This document shows positions 10,519 through 21,118 of a stretch of 62,889 nt of DNA, in pieces. The stretch is from Asterionella formosa (Eukaryota), in assembly GCA_002256025.1 (NCBI GenBank), contig NKIB01013186.1:1-62889 (forward strand). Direction: 5' to 3'. The notes under the pieces are model-generated. The model was not told the DNA's origin, made no database searches, and saw only the letters and a program-made list of their open reading frames with translations. Position 1 is the first letter of the stretch, and the number at the start of each line of letters is the position of its first letter. The position numbers and the translations under genes were made by a program.

Positions 10519-10635
10519 ATGACAGGTCCAAATCCAAATAAACAAGCAGTAGAATTAAATCGAACTTCTCTTTTTTGGGGGCTTCTATTAATTTTTGTTT
10601 TAGCAGTATTATTTTCAAGTTATTTCTTCAACTAA
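10519..10635 (+). CDS. psbL: Photosystem II protein L
   Basis: Manual translation [38 protein letters not shown]. Confidence 0.97.
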   Translation: MTGPNPNKQAVELNRTSLFWGLLLIFVLAVLFSSYFFN

Positions 10636-10660
10636 TATTTAGTATTACAGGAGTTTTTTT

Positions 10661-10780
10661 ATGGCAAATACTGGTAGAATACCATTATGGCTTGTAGGTT
10701 TAGTAGGTGGTTTAGCAGTAATTACAATGGTTAGTTTATTTATATATGGTTCATACTCAGGCTTAGGATCATCTTTATAA
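10661..10780 (+). CDS. psbJ: Photosystem II protein J
   Basis: Manual translation [39 protein letters not shown]. Confidence 0.97.
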   Translation: MANTGRIPLWLVGLVGGLAVITMVSLFIYGSYSGLGSSL

Positions 10781-10787
10781 TCTTAAA

Positions 10788-10836
10788 AATTTTAAGTTCC
10801 CCATAATCAAATAAAAATTATGGGGAACTTAAAATT
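10788..10836. terminator. Bidirectional hairpin between psbJ and ycf90
   Basis: 20-bp arms AATTTTAAGTTCCCCATAAT / ATTATGGGGAACTTAAAATT. Confidence 0.75.
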
Positions 10837-12106
10837 AAGACCGCTTACGTATTTCTTTAATAACTTTTTTTATTAATTTTTTTATGGGTCTTTGAAGAAT
10901 ATTGAAAATATCCCAATTGTCGTTTGTTCCACGACCAAACCAACCGTACCAAAGCTTTGGTATAAAACTAGATAATCTTTTTGCTTTTTCTTTTGGATCT
11001 TGCCAAGCAGTATAACCGCCACTATAAACACTTGTTTTATCACGTGGCCCGATATGTAATTCTACATTTTCAGTAAAAATAGGTAAATAAAAATACTGAC
11101 CACATATTGCGTGAAAAATAGCAAAAAGAATACATGTTAAATGAGTAATAACAATTGTTACCATGATATATTGTAAAAACGTTATTTGCAATTCAAGCAT
11201 CGGAAGTGATGATAAATAACTAAATTGTTCTAATTGTGGCGTTAATACCTCATTTATGTAATAATATATCCGGTACATTAATTTCATATAAAAAGGTTCA
11301 ACAAAAGTCATCATAACTAACATTGTCCAATGCCATCGAATTAAATATGGGCAATAAGTTTTACCAATACGAACGGATAAAGTGTACGCTGCGAAAGATG
11401 AAATTTCTCTATAAAATTGACCTATAAATTTAATGATAAGAGGAATAATTTTACGGTATAATCCATAATAGTAAGGTTCAACTGCATTTCTCCAACCTTC
11501 TGGAAGCCAAGATAAAAATATAGAAAGCGGATCAATTCGATGTCCATCTTGTACAATTCCATTATTAATGGCATACAATAAAATTCCTATAGGATTAGTT
11601 AATCGAATATTGTAGTCAGTTTGCCGAATTTTTGAATAAATAAGATTTTTAAGTTGATAAGAATCAACACCTAATTTAAAAGTAAATGGAATTCTGTATA
11701 AAATACTTTCATAACTAAATAAAATTTGAATAAAGTGTCGATACCATAGATAAGCTGCCGCTAAACCTACACAAGTTATAAGAGAAGAAGTTACTAAATT
11801 ATAACGAATTGCCAAAATAATAAAACGAATGATAATAATGCCTGCAAGGATATTATCAATATCAGACATAGCTAATCCATCTTGAACTTTTTCCCATAAT
11901 CCTTGAATAATTAAATGAAAAGTATTGAGTGAAAGAGCCGGGGACACTACGATTTTCTCAAATTCCAGCCCGAAAACCGGTTCTGAATCATAAATCTCAA
12001 TCTCACTAAGTTCTTGTTTAAGTGGGTGGTCTAAACCAAACCAATTAAGGACTGTTTCTTGACTAATATCGATTAAAAAAAATAAAATTTTGAGAAATTG
12101 AACCAT
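10835..12106 (-). CDS. ycf90: Ycf90, diatom multi-pass membrane protein with a Tic20/Ycf60-like C-terminal half
   Basis: 423 aa hydrophobic; CPYLIRWHWT, GQYFYLPIFTENVELHIGPR, YSGGYTAWQD, PKLWYGWFGRG; between psbJ and trnE. Confidence 0.88.
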   Translation of the reverse strand: MVQFLKILFFLIDISQETVLNWFGLDHPLKQELSEIEIYDSEPVFGLEFEKIVVSPALSLNTFHLIIQGLWEKVQDGLAMSDIDNILAGIIIIRFIILAIRYNLVTSSLITCVGLAAAYLWYRHFIQILFSYESILYRIPFTFKLGVDSYQLKNLIYSKIRQTDYNIRLTNPIGILLYAINNGIVQDGHRIDPLSIFLSWLPEGWRNAVEPYYYGLYRKIIPLIIKFIGQFYREISSFAAYTLSVRIGKTYCPYLIRWHWTMLVMMTFVEPFYMKLMYRIYYYINEVLTPQLEQFSYLSSLPMLELQITFLQYIMVTIVITHLTCILFAIFHAICGQYFYLPIFTENVELHIGPRDKTSVYSGGYTAWQDPKEKAKRLSSFIPKLWYGWFGRGTNDNWDIFNILQRPIKKLIKKVIKEIRKRS

Positions 12107-12233
12107 TTTTGATGGGTTGATTATTAAATAAATTTCTTTGTAGATAAAGAAAGGTTATCGACTTTACCTACTACTAATTATAGTCTAAACTATTAAATAT
12201 TCCTAATATTTTTTAATTAATTAAAATATTTAA

Positions 12234-12306
12234 TACCCCCAAGGGAATTCGAATCCCTGTCTGCTCCGTGAAAGGGAGCTGTCCTAGGCCTCTAGACGAT
12301 GGGGGC
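12234..12306 (-). tRNA. trnE: tRNA-Glu(UUC)
   Basis: GCCCCCATCGTCTAGAGGCCTAGGAC...CTTTCAC... cloverleaf. Confidence 0.95.
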
Positions 12307-12315
12307 AAACAGTTA

Positions 12316-12337
12316 AGCGGGCAACGCGATTCGAACG

Positions 12338-12377
<40 letters not shown>

Positions 12378-12387
12378 CTATGCCCGC
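12316..12387 (-). tRNA. trnG: tRNA-Gly(GCC)
   Basis: GCGGGCATAGCTCAGTGGTAGAG...CTTGCCAAG... cloverleaf. Confidence 0.95.
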
Positions 12388-12420
12388 TTTATACTAGAAT
12401 ATAGATAGAAATATATCACC

Positions 12421-12449
12421 AATTTATAAGAGAATAAAGTCATTGTCAA
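12421..12449 (-). promoter_or_regulatory. Promoter candidate for trnG(GCC)-trnE
   Basis: TTGACA-N17-TAAATT about 33 nt upstream of trnG. Confidence 0.55.
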
Positions 12450-12494
12450 GCGTTTAATTTTTAGAAATTATAGTGAAACTATAATTTCTAAAAA

Positions 12495-12680
12495 TTAAAT
12501 AGAAGCTGAAATACCGTCTGCGGCTGCAATTACAATTACAAGACTAACCCATGCTTGAAAAACTCTATTAAAGTTAATTTTGGATTCTTCCCACTCACCT
12601 GGAGTAGCTAATGCTACTGGAACTGTTACAACTAAACCTAATGAAAGTAAAACTAATAAAGCTGTTAAAGCAGTTATCAT
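12495..12680 (-). CDS. psbZ: Photosystem II protein Z
   Basis: [19 protein letters not shown]. Confidence 0.96.
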   Translation of the reverse strand: MITALTALLVLLSLGLVVTVPVALATPGEWEESKINFNRVFQAWVSLVIVIAAADGISASI

Positions 12681-12732
12681 AATTATTTTAGAAAGATTTT
12701 TATATAGATGATTATTTGATAATTTTAAATAA

Positions 12733-12837
12733 TTAAAGATTACCTTTTTTTAATGCTAATAAAACAATTACTGCTGGACCTGATAACATAATAACACCTG
12801 TAGCTATTAGCTGACCGATAACTTGCCAATTAATCAT
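12733..12837 (-). CDS. psb30: Photosystem II Psb30 (Ycf12)
   Basis: Manual translation [34 protein letters not shown]. Confidence 0.95.
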   Translation of the reverse strand: MINWQVIGQLIATGVIMLSGPAVIVLLALKKGNL

Positions 12838-13041
12838 TTTAAAACCCTTATTTATTAAATGTTAATGAAATTTCAAAAATAAAATAAAATAACCTATAAC
12901 GTTAGTCCTAATTTTACTCGAAAAATAATAAAGAAAATACATTATTTTAATAAATATTTTTCTTGATTATTTAAGAAATATATTAAATTATTTCAACAAA
13001 AGACTTTAATAATAGCTTAGTTTTATGTTATCATATAACTA

Positions 13042-13113
13042 GGGTTGCTAACTCAATGGTAGAGTACTCGGCTTTTAACCGAATAGTTCTGGGTTCGAGT
13101 CCCAGGTAACCCA
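13042..13113 (+). tRNA. trnK: tRNA-Lys(UUU)
   Basis: GGGTTGCTAACTCAATGGTAGAG...CTTTTAA... cloverleaf. Confidence 0.95.
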
Positions 13114-13196
13114 ATAGTATATTTTAGAATTTATTCGATAAAATATAAAATTATTTATATTTTATCTAGCCTTTAAAAGCTAGATAAAATAATATA

Positions 13197-14576
13197 TTAA
13201 TCAATAGGACGCATTGATAATACTGGTTCGTTTGCACGGTTTATACCTTTTTCAAAACCAGCTGCTGCTGCACGAGCACGACCAGAGTGCCACCAGTGAC
13301 CGATTAAAAAGAAAAAACCTAAAAAGAAATGTGAACAACATAACCAAGACCGAGGTGATACATAATTCACTGAGTTAATTTCTGTTGCAACACCACCTAC
13401 GGAATTTAATGAACCTAAAGGAGCATGTGTCATATATTCTGCAGCACGACGTTCTTGCCAAGGTTGAATATCATTTTTAATTTTATTGATATCTAAACCA
13501 TTTGGACCACGTAATGGTTCAACCCAAGGAGCACGTAAATCCCAGAAGCGCATTGTTTCACCACCAAAAATGATCTCACCACTAGGTGAACGCATTAGAT
13601 ATTTTCCTAAACCAGTTGGACCTTGTGCAGATGAAACATTTGCACCTAAACGTTGATCTCTAACTAAGAAAGTAAATGCTTGTGCTTGTGAGGCTTCCGG
13701 ACCTGTTGGACCATATAACTCACTAGGATAAGCAGTATTATTATACCAAGAATATAAAGAAGCTGTAAAGCCCATTAATGATATAGCAGCTAAACTGTAT
13801 GATAAATAAGCTTCACCTGACCAAACAAAGGCACGTCTTGCCCATGCGAATGGTTTAGTAAAAATATGCCAAATACCACCAGTAATGCATAAGATACCTA
13901 CCCATATATGACCACCAACAACATCTTCCATATTATTTACTGATACTACCCAACCATCACCACCAAATGGAGAACGGAATACATAACCAAAGATTACAAT
14001 TGGATTTAGTGTAGGAGTTGTAATTAAACGTACATCACCACCACCTGGAGCCCAAGTATCGTAAACACCACCTAAATACATCGCTTTAATAACTAATAAG
14101 AAAGAACCTACGCCTAAAAGACATAAATGAATTCCTAAAATAGTTGTCATTTTATTTTTATCGCGCCAATCATATCCAAAAAATGGGAAAGATTCTTCTA
14201 AAGTATCTGGACCTAATAATGAATGATAGATTCCACCAAAACCTAAAATAGCTGAGGAAATTAAGTGAATAACACCAACAGCAAAATATGGAGCAGTTGA
14301 AGTAATATCGCCACCTGGTCCAATACCGTAACCTAAAGTTGCTAAATGTTGGATTAAAATGAAACCTTGTTCATATAAAGGTTTTTCAGGAACAAAATGA
14401 GATACTTCAAATAGTACCATCGCGCCAGCCCAAAAAACCATTAAACCAGCATGTGCTACGTGAGCACCTAATAATTTACCTGAAACATTGATTAAACGAG
14501 CATTTCCACTCCACCAAGCGAAACCTGTAGACTCGATGTCGCGACCTGCTATACTGCTATTAAAGGGCGTTTCCAC
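13197..14576 (-). CDS. psbC: Photosystem II CP43; probable GTG start at 14576 (alternative ATG at 14612), overlapping the psbD end
   Basis: (V)[34 protein letters not shown] Shine-Dalgarno upstream of the GTG. Confidence 0.97.
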   Translation of the reverse strand: METPFNSSIAGRDIESTGFAWWSGNARLINVSGKLLGAHVAHAGLMVFWAGAMVLFEVSHFVPEKPLYEQGFILIQHLATLGYGIGPGGDITSTAPYFAVGVIHLISSAILGFGGIYHSLLGPDTLEESFPFFGYDWRDKNKMTTILGIHLCLLGVGSFLLVIKAMYLGGVYDTWAPGGGDVRLITTPTLNPIVIFGYVFRSPFGGDGWVVSVNNMEDVVGGHIWVGILCITGGIWHIFTKPFAWARRAFVWSGEAYLSYSLAAISLMGFTASLYSWYNNTAYPSELYGPTGPEASQAQAFTFLVRDQRLGANVSSAQGPTGLGKYLMRSPSGEIIFGGETMRFWDLRAPWVEPLRGPNGLDINKIKNDIQPWQERRAAEYMTHAPLGSLNSVGGVATEINSVNYVSPRSWLCCSHFFLGFFFLIGHWWHSGRARAAAAGFEKGINRANEPVLSMRPID

Positions 14577-15615
14577 GTGGTAATACCTCCTCAGGGAATA
14601 CAAAGTTTTCATGCGGTTGATCTTGTGCAGCCATCCAAGCACGAATACCTTCGTTTAATAAAATATTTTTTGTGTAGAATGTTTCAAATTCTGGATCTTC
14701 GGCAGCACGTAATTCTTGTGAGACGAAATCGTAAGCACGTAAATTTAATGCTAAACCTACAATACCAATTGAACTAGTCCATAAACCAGTTACAGGTACA
14801 AATAGCATAAAGAAATGTAACCAACGTTTATTAGAAAATGCTACACCAAAAATTTGTGACCAGAAACGGTTTGCTGTTACCATTGAGTAAGTTTCTTCTG
14901 ATTGAGTTGGTGTAAAAGCACGGAATGTATTTGCCGCATCACCATCTTCAAATAACGTGTTCTCAACAGTTGCACCGTGAATAGCACATAATAAAGCACC
15001 ACCTAAAATTCCAGCAACACCCATCATGTGGAATGGATTTAATGTCCAATTATGGAAACCTTGTAAAAATAATAAAAAACGGAAAATGGCTGCAACACCA
15101 AAACTAGGTGCAAAGAACCAACTAGCTTGACCTAATGGGTATAATAAGAATACTGAAACGAATACCGCAATTGGGCCTGAAAATGCAATTGCATTATATG
15201 GACGGATTCCTACTAAACGTGCAATTTCAAATTGACGTAAACAGAATCCAATTAAACCGAACGCACCATGTAAAGCTATGAAAGCCCAAAGACCACCAAT
15301 TTGACACCAACGTGTAAAGTCACCTTGTGCTTCTGGACCCCATAATAATAGTAATGAATGACCCATACTATTAGCTGGAGTCGAAACTGCAGCTGTTAAA
15401 AAGTTGCAACCTTCAAGGTATGAACTTGCTAAACCATGAGTATACCATGATGTAACAAATGTTGTGCCAGTCATCCAACCACCGGCAGCTAAATATGCTG
15501 TGGGGAATAATAATAAACCTGACCAACCAACGAAAACAAATCTATCTTTTTTTAACCAATCATCAATAAGGTCAAATAAGCCACGTTCTTGGTTTTGCCC
15601 AATAGCAATGGTCAT
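14560..15615 (-). CDS. psbD: Photosystem II D2
   Basis: [26 protein letters not shown]...[10 protein letters not shown]. Confidence 0.99.
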   Translation of the reverse strand: MTIAIGQNQERGLFDLIDDWLKKDRFVFVGWSGLLLFPTAYLAAGGWMTGTTFVTSWYTHGLASSYLEGCNFLTAAVSTPANSMGHSLLLLWGPEAQGDFTRWCQIGGLWAFIALHGAFGLIGFCLRQFEIARLVGIRPYNAIAFSGPIAVFVSVFLLYPLGQASWFFAPSFGVAAIFRFLLFLQGFHNWTLNPFHMMGVAGILGGALLCAIHGATVENTLFEDGDAANTFRAFTPTQSEETYSMVTANRFWSQIFGVAFSNKRWLHFFMLFVPVTGLWTSSIGIVGLALNLRAYDFVSQELRAAEDPEFETFYTKNILLNEGIRAWMAAQDQPHENFVFPEEVLPRGNAL

Positions 15616-15753
15616 ATTAGAATAATCCTTTAATTAATTTATAGATTGAATAAACCTTACAGTATAATTTTTATTCAACTCTTAACAACTTGTAGTGTTT
15701 ATTATATGGTAAGATTAAAATAAATTTGAAAATTGTTAATAAAAATTGAGAAA

Positions 15754-15864
15754 TTAATTGATGTCATCAACTGAAATATAAATAAAGAATAATGCCATAC
15801 TAAGAGCAGGAAATACTATTCCTACGATTGGAACTAAAATTGAGGGTAAAAATGCAGATGCCAT
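15754..15864 (-). CDS. psaI: Photosystem I subunit VIII
   Basis: Manual translation MASAFLPSILVPIVGIVFPALSMALFFIYISVDDIN. Confidence 0.95.
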   Translation of the reverse strand: MASAFLPSILVPIVGIVFPALSMALFFIYISVDDIN

Positions 15865-16056
15865 ATTTTAAATTAATGAATATAAAAGTTTTTAATTATC
15901 AATTACAAAATTCCTACAATTAATTGTATATCAAAATAACCCAGAATTAAACATTAATATAAATCAAAAAATTAGATGCTTTTATAGTAGAATTATAATT
16001 ATTAAATGTAAGATTTTTATTACTTTAAATTTTATATAAAAATAGATTAAAAATTT

Positions 16057-16191
16057 ATGGAAACTTTATTATTATCTCGTTTACCCGAAGCATATATTGT
16101 TTTTAGCCCCATCGTAGACGTATTACCAATTATTCCTGTTTTCTTTTTACTTTTAGCATTTGTTTGGCAAGCAGCAATTGGATTTAGATAA
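16057..16191 (+). CDS. psbK: Photosystem II protein K
   Basis: Manual translation [44 protein letters not shown]. Confidence 0.97.
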   Translation: METLLLSRLPEAYIVFSPIVDVLPIIPVFFLLLAFVWQAAIGFR

Positions 16192-16285
16192 TTTTCATTT
16201 ATATAATTTATATCTTATAAGTTATAATGGTTATTAGATAACTTATGTTATAATACTTAAATTTATATATAAAATTTAAAAATAA

Positions 16286-16399
16286 ATGGTAGAACCTTTA
16301 TTATCAGGCATCGTTTTAGGGATGATCACTGTGTCAGCTTTTGGGCTTTTTGTTGCAGCTTTTTTACAATATCGCCGTGGTAGTCAATTTGAAGTATAA
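16286..16399 (+). CDS. petG: Cytochrome b6f subunit V
   Basis: Manual translation [37 protein letters not shown]. Confidence 0.97.
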   Translation: MVEPLLSGIVLGMITVSAFGLFVAAFLQYRRGSQFEV

Positions 16400-16460
16400 A
16401 ATTTTTAAAGTTTTACAAATCTTTAAATTTGTAAAACTTTAAAAATTTTATACTTCAAAT
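16387..16460. terminator. Long hairpin overlapping the petG 3' end
   Basis: 34-bp perfect arms 16387-16420 / 16427-16460. Confidence 0.75.
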
Positions 16461-16502
16461 ACTAGTTTATAATTAAAAATTAACAAAATTATTATAAATA
16501 AG

Positions 16503-16531
16503 TTGACTTATTACTAATTAAGAAGCATAAT
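16503..16531 (+). promoter_or_regulatory. Promoter candidate for trnT
   Basis: TTGACT-N17-CATAAT. Confidence 0.5.
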
Positions 16532-16574
16532 ATACTTGATAGTCTTAAAAAAGAAAAAATCAATAACGATTATA

Positions 16575-16646
16575 GCTGGTGTAGCTCAATGGTAGAGCAA
16601 CGGATTTGTAATCCGTAGGTTGGGGGTTCAAATCCCTTCACCAGCT
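16575..16646 (+). tRNA. trnT: tRNA-Thr(UGU)
   Basis: GCTGGTGTAGCTCAATGGTAGAGC...TTTGTAA... cloverleaf. Confidence 0.95.
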
Positions 16647-16734
16647 TTTCAGCTTTTCTTTTATTCAAATAGCATGGATCAACTTTTTTAATATATATAT
16701 ATATACTGTTCTAAAAAATATAAAAAATTATTAG

Positions 16735-16807
16735 TAGGCCCAGTAGGAATCGAACCTACATTGGAAACTTAGAAGGTTTCTGTCCTAATCCTTTAGACGA
16801 TAGGCCC
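16735..16807 (-). tRNA. trnR: tRNA-Arg(UCU)
   Basis: GGGCCTATCGTCTAAAGGATTAGGAC...CTTCTAA... cloverleaf. Confidence 0.95.
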
Positions 16808-16816
16808 TTTTATATA

Positions 16817-16888
16817 TGGGTAATACAGGATTTGAACCTGTGACCTTCTGCTTGTAAGGCAGACACTCTACCGCTGAGTTAATTACCC
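16817..16888 (-). tRNA. trnV: tRNA-Val(UAC)
   Basis: GGGTAATTAACTCAGCGGTAGAG...CTTACAA... cloverleaf. Confidence 0.95.
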
Positions 16889-16927
16889 ATTAATTATGAA
16901 CTTTAACTATTAGTTTTGGTAAACGAG

Positions 16928-16956
16928 ATATTACTTAAAGATTGAAATAATGTCAA
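16928..16956 (-). promoter_or_regulatory. Promoter candidate for trnV-trnR
   Basis: TTGACA-N17-TAATAT; the -35 box lies inside the left end of the 118-bp palindrome. Confidence 0.55.
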
Positions 16957-17064
16957 TATTATACTGAACTAATTGTATCATATTATAGTTAAAATAACAA
17001 GATTTAAATCTTGTTATTTTAACTATAATATGATACAATTAGTTCAGTATAATATTGACATTAT
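16947..17064. repeat. Perfect 118-bp palindrome with no spacer, between divergent trnV and trnY
   Basis: 59-bp arms centred on GATTT|AAATC (17005/17006). Confidence 0.92.
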
Positions 17065-17067
17065 CTA

Positions 17068-17149
17068 GGGTCGGTGCCCGAGTGGTTAAAGGGGGCGGAT
17101 TGTAAATCCGCTGTGTAATGCTACGTTGGTTCGAATCCAACTCGGCCCA
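17068..17149 (+). tRNA. trnY: tRNA-Tyr(GUA)
   Basis: GGGTCGGTGCCCGAGTGGTTAAAG...TTGTAAA..., long variable arm. Confidence 0.95.
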
Positions 17150-17157
17150 TTTATATC

Positions 17158-17199
17158 TAAAATTTAATTATATTTTAATTAAAATATAATTAAATTTTA
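17158..17199. terminator. AT-only 42-bp palindrome between convergent trnY and ycf33
   Basis: 21-bp perfect arms, includes the ycf33 stop. Confidence 0.6.
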
Positions 17200-17391
17200 A
17201 AAACCAGTCATATTTAATATTATAAAGTATAAGGTACAAACACTTAAAGATAATCCTAAAATTAAAACAACTCGTAACTTAGGTACTTTAAATAAATTCT
17301 TAATTGGTGTTATGATAATTAAAATTAATCCAGCTAAACTGCTAACAAAGAAACGTGGGTAACGTATTACATTTTTCCAAAACTCATTCAT
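17197..17391 (-). CDS. ycf33: Ycf33
   Basis: MNEFWKNVIRYPRFFVSSLAGL; start moved to ATG at 17391. Confidence 0.93.
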   Translation of the reverse strand: MNEFWKNVIRYPRFFVSSLAGLILIIITPIKNLFKVPKLRVVLILGLSLSVCTLYFIILNMTGF

Positions 17392-17470
17392 TAAAAATTT
17401 ATAATTATTTTTTATTTCTAATTCTACCAAATTTTTCAGAAGATTAAAAAATAAAATAAAAAATACTTTT

Positions 17471-17528
17471 AAAACTTTAAGTATTCTTACAATTTAAGCA
17501 GTTAAATTGTAAGAATACTTAAAGTTTT
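17471..17528. terminator. Hairpin downstream of petD
   Basis: 27-bp perfect arms, GCAG loop. Confidence 0.75.
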
Positions 17529-18010
17529 TACCATAAACCTAATGAAATTGCCTTATCAATAGGTAAACATGCTCCAATACCTAACCAAATTGCAACGACG
17601 AAACCAATAATGAAAACTAAACTAGCAATTGGACGGCGGAATGGATTTTGAAACTTATTTACATTTTCAATAAAGGGTACAGTAATTAGTCCTGCAGGTA
17701 CTGCGGCCATAGCTAATACTCCTAATAATTTATTAGGTAATACACGTAATAAATTGAACGTTGGAAAGAAATACCATTCAGGTAAAATTTCTAACGGAGT
17801 ATTAAAAGGATCCGCTGGTTCACCTAACTGTGTTGGAGCCATAACCGCTAAACCAATACAACAAGCAAATGTACCTAGAATACAAACGGGGAAAACGTAC
17901 AATAAATCGTTTGGCCAAGCTGGTTCACCATAATAATTATGGCCCATACCTTTTGCAAGTTTTGCTCTTAATTTTGGATCTGTTAAATCTGGTTTTTTAA
18001 TTACTGACAT
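17528..18010 (-). CDS. petD: Cytochrome b6f subunit IV
   Basis: [26 protein letters not shown]. Confidence 0.99.
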   Translation of the reverse strand: MSVIKKPDLTDPKLRAKLAKGMGHNYYGEPAWPNDLLYVFPVCILGTFACCIGLAVMAPTQLGEPADPFNTPLEILPEWYFFPTFNLLRVLPNKLLGVLAMAAVPAGLITVPFIENVNKFQNPFRRPIASLVFIIGFVVAIWLGIGACLPIDKAISLGLW

Positions 18011-18044
18011 AATGATTATTTAAATTAATTAGTGAATTGTTTAA

Positions 18045-18692
18045 TTATAAAGGACCTGAAATCCCCTGTTTACGGATCATTAAGAAATGTGTTAACATTA
18101 AGACTGCTGCTGCTACCGGTAAAACAAAAGTGTGTGCACTATAAAAGCGTGTTAATGTACTTTGTCCTACGCTTTCTCCACCTCTTAAGATTAATACTAA
18201 TGGTGGTCCAACCAAAGGAACTGCTGCTGGAACACCTGTAACAATTTTACAAGCCCAGAATCCAATTTGATCCCAAGGTAATGAGTATCCAGTTACACCG
18301 AATGATACTGTTACCACAGCTAAAATTACTCCTGTTACCCACGTTAATTCACGTGGTTTTTTAAAGCCACCTGTTAAATAAACACGGAAAACATGTAAGA
18401 CCATCATCATAACCATCATACTAGCTGACCAACGGTGAATTGAACGAATTAACCAACCAAAATTAACACTTGTCATAATATATTCAACTGAAGCAAATGC
18501 ATCTACTACACTTGGGCGATAATAAAATGTCATTGCAAATCCAGTTGCTACTTGAACTAAAAAACATGTGAAAACAATTCCACCAAAACAATAAAAAATA
18601 TTTACATGAGGTGGTACGTATTTACTTGAAATATCATCAGCAATAGCTTGAACTTCTAACCGTTCTTCAAACCAGTCGTAGACTTTACCCAT
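18045..18692 (-). CDS. petB: Cytochrome b6
   Basis: [20 protein letters not shown]...[10 protein letters not shown] (215 aa from ATG at 18692). Confidence 0.99.
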   Translation of the reverse strand: MGKVYDWFEERLEVQAIADDISSKYVPPHVNIFYCFGGIVFTCFLVQVATGFAMTFYYRPSVVDAFASVEYIMTSVNFGWLIRSIHRWSASMMVMMMVLHVFRVYLTGGFKKPRELTWVTGVILAVVTVSFGVTGYSLPWDQIGFWACKIVTGVPAAVPLVGPPLVLILRGGESVGQSTLTRFYSAHTFVLPVAAAVLMLTHFLMIRKQGISGPL

Positions 18693-18740
18693 ATCATTAA
18701 AAAAAAAAAACGTTTCACAGTTAAGCAACATTTTTAATTA

Positions 18741-18828
18741 AGGCGAGAGTGAGATTCGAACTCACGGAATCCGTAAAGATTCATCTGATTTCAAATCAGA
18801 CGCAATCGACCAACTCTGCCATCTCGCC
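18741..18828 (-). tRNA. trnS: tRNA-Ser(UGA)
   Basis: GGCGAGATGGCAGAGTTGG...TTTGAAA..., long variable arm. Confidence 0.95.
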
Positions 18829-18863
18829 AAAAAGATTAGTTAAAAACTAATCTTAAGTATAAT

Positions 18864-19283
18864 TTAACTTTCGTATGTACTAACTCCACTAAATTTTATT
18901 GAAGCTGGATTTGGGTTTTTTCCAATGGAAAAATCACGAGTATTAACCGGAGTTCTACCAGGATTTACCTTCTCAGGAAAAACGCCATCTTTAGGATGTA
19001 AATATTGAACTTCTCCACTCGGAAATATTCTGTAGATTTTATAATTATTAATCTTGAAAGTTCTTAACTGAGTTCCTAAAGCTAAACATTGTTCTTTACG
19101 TGATAGATATAATAAATTTTCACCGTTACGCATTATAGCAGCACCAGCAGTAGGCATTTCAAAGATTTGTTCTTTGTTGCTTGTCCAAGTGATAGCGTAT
19201 TTTTCTTCCACTTCAGCTGATCTTAACCAGCCTCCAGTACTTCCACCAAATGTAGGAAAAGGCGTTTGTAAATTTAATGTCAT
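18864..19283 (-). CDS. psaD: Photosystem I subunit II
   Basis: [34 protein letters not shown]. Confidence 0.99.
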   Translation of the reverse strand: MTLNLQTPFPTFGGSTGGWLRSAEVEEKYAITWTSNKEQIFEMPTAGAAIMRNGENLLYLSRKEQCLALGTQLRTFKINNYKIYRIFPSGEVQYLHPKDGVFPEKVNPGRTPVNTRDFSIGKNPNPASIKFSGVSTYES

Positions 19284-19365
19284 AAGTAAAACCTTATAAT
19301 TATTTAACGTTCAATATATAATTCTAGTAAAAAAAAAAATTTTTTATTAAAATTATAAAATTTTC

Positions 19366-19439
19366 TAGCGGAGAATGGATTTGAACCATTGACCTTCGGG
19401 TTATGAGCCCAACGAGCTACCAGGCTGCTCTACTCCGCG
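19366..19439 (-). tRNA. trnfM: Initiator tRNA-fMet(CAU)
   Basis: CGCGGAGTAGAGCAGCCTGGTAGCTCG; unpaired C1, three G-C pairs closing the anticodon stem. Confidence 0.95.
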
Positions 19440-19610
19440 AAACGTTTCTAGTATTGAAAAGGTACAATTCTATTTTCTAACTAATTGACTATTCGCGCAT
19501 TAGTTAAATAAAAAGTCTATTTTGTTTTATTAATTAAAATTATAATAATTTAAGCCGCAAAACAAAAAGTTATCTTTATCCTTTGTTCTACTATAATTGG
19601 TCACTATTAA

Positions 19611-19692
19611 TTATTTATTGATATATCTTTGGGTTATTTGTTAAAAATTAAATCTATTTTAACAAATAACCCAAAGATATATCAATAAATAA
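19611..19692. terminator. Long hairpin downstream of secG
   Basis: 36-bp perfect arms 19611-19646 / 19657-19692. Confidence 0.75.
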
Positions 19693-19706
19693 ATTCAAAA
19701 TTTTGA

Positions 19707-19913
19707 TTATCGGTTAAGTAAAAAGGCAAGAATAAAATAACTAATTACGGATATTCCGGTTATATAATTTAATGATTTTTGAGCGGAAGTTGGCGACCCT
19801 AAAATATCACTTTTATTTGCAAAACTAGATAGTCCAATAGTTTCTTGAGGCATTCTTAGAAATATAATAAAAATTAAGAAAATACTTAGTAGAAACCAAA
19901 TTTGTTTTAACAT
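19707..19913 (-). CDS. secG: Preprotein translocase SecG (Ycf47)
   Basis: 68 aa, two TM helices around RMPQETIGLSSF...GSPTSAQKSLN; follows chlI. Confidence 0.9.
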   Translation of the reverse strand: MLKQIWFLLSIFLIFIIFLRMPQETIGLSSFANKSDILGSPTSAQKSLNYITGISVISYFILAFLLNR

Positions 19914-19936
19914 GATTTTTTGAATTTAATAAAAAG

Positions 19937-20998
19937 CTAATCTTCGATTTCAAAAACTTCTTTGAATACTTTACTTACTTTATCCCCAGAATCAATAGAC
20001 TCTAATGGATCTTTTCGTAATCTATGACGTAAACATAGCGTAATGATTTTTTCTATATCATTAATTGTTACTTTATCTCTTCCATCATATGCAGCATGAG
20101 CTTTAGCTGCGCGATTTGTTACAATATCACCTCTTAGCCCATCAACATCTAAAAGACTACAAACTTCAGATATTTTAATTCGTAAATTATAATCTAGTTC
20201 TACCGATGATAATAATTTTTGGGCAGCAACAATTTTATCTCTTAGTTCTTGTTGTTGAACTTCATAATTTTGAAGCCATAACAAAGGTGTTTGATCAAAA
20301 GAAGTACGTTCTTCTACAACTTTTACACGTAATACAGGATCTTTGACAGTTCTAATTTCTGCATGCATTCCGAAACGGTCTAATAATTGAGGTCTTAATT
20401 CTCCTTCTTCTGGATTTCCTGAACCAACTAAAACAAAGCGTGCGGGATGGCGAATTGAAATACCTTCTCGCTCAACTGTATTCCAACCTGAAGCAGCTGA
20501 ATCAAGAAGAATATCAACTAAATGATCATCTAATAAATTTACCTCATCCACATATAATATACCCCGATTTGCTTTTGCTAATAAACCTGGTTCAAATGCT
20601 TTTATACCTTCAGTTAAAGCTTTTTCAATATCAATTGTTCCACAAACACGATCTTCAGTAGCACCTAATGGTAAATCGACCATTGGAATTTTTATTAGTG
20701 CTGTCTCTAGAGTTTCTCCTCTTTCGATTGCATTTTTTACATCATTGCCCATTAAATCTAAGTCTGATTTATGAGAATTGAAGGGATCATCTTTAATGAC
20801 CTCAATTTCAGGAAGTAAATCCGCAATAGCTCTAATAGTTGTTGATTTACCTGTACCCCTATCTCCCATAATCATTACACCACCAATTTTGGGATCTATC
20901 ACATTTAACTGTAAAGCTAATTTCATTTCTTCCTGTCCAACAATTGCTGTGAATGGGAAAATAGGAGTCGTAAATTTTTTTAAATCTTGTGCAACCAT
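19937..20998 (-). CDS. chlI: Magnesium chelatase subunit I
   Basis: [33 protein letters not shown]. Confidence 0.99.
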   Translation of the reverse strand: MVAQDLKKFTTPIFPFTAIVGQEEMKLALQLNVIDPKIGGVMIMGDRGTGKSTTIRAIADLLPEIEVIKDDPFNSHKSDLDLMGNDVKNAIERGETLETALIKIPMVDLPLGATEDRVCGTIDIEKALTEGIKAFEPGLLAKANRGILYVDEVNLLDDHLVDILLDSAASGWNTVEREGISIRHPARFVLVGSGNPEEGELRPQLLDRFGMHAEIRTVKDPVLRVKVVEERTSFDQTPLLWLQNYEVQQQELRDKIVAAQKLLSSVELDYNLRIKISEVCSLLDVDGLRGDIVTNRAAKAHAAYDGRDKVTINDIEKIITLCLRHRLRKDPLESIDSGDKVSKVFKEVFEIED

Positions 20999-21061
20999 AT
21001 AATTGTATCTAATCTTTCTTAAAAATTTTATATGAAATTAATAATTCATAAAAGCTATTTA

Positions 21062-21118
21062 TTAATAATTAAATTAAGTAACTAAAAAGGATTTTTAGTT
21101 ACTTAATTTAATTATTAA
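21062..21118. terminator. Hairpin overlapping the psaM 3' end
   Basis: 27-bp perfect arms 21062-21088 / 21092-21118. Confidence 0.7.

Noticed and set aside
14577..14642. N-terminal extensions given by the ORF track for psbC (also petB, ycf33, ycf3, rpl33, atpI)
   Set aside because: Conserved N-termini, and Shine-Dalgarno positions where visible, point to downstream starts.
19440..19610. RNase P RNA (rnpB), suggested by CGGCTTA on the minus strand
   Set aside because: No ACAGAA-like motif before it, no GAGGAAAGTCC-like 5' motif in the right order, and too little room.
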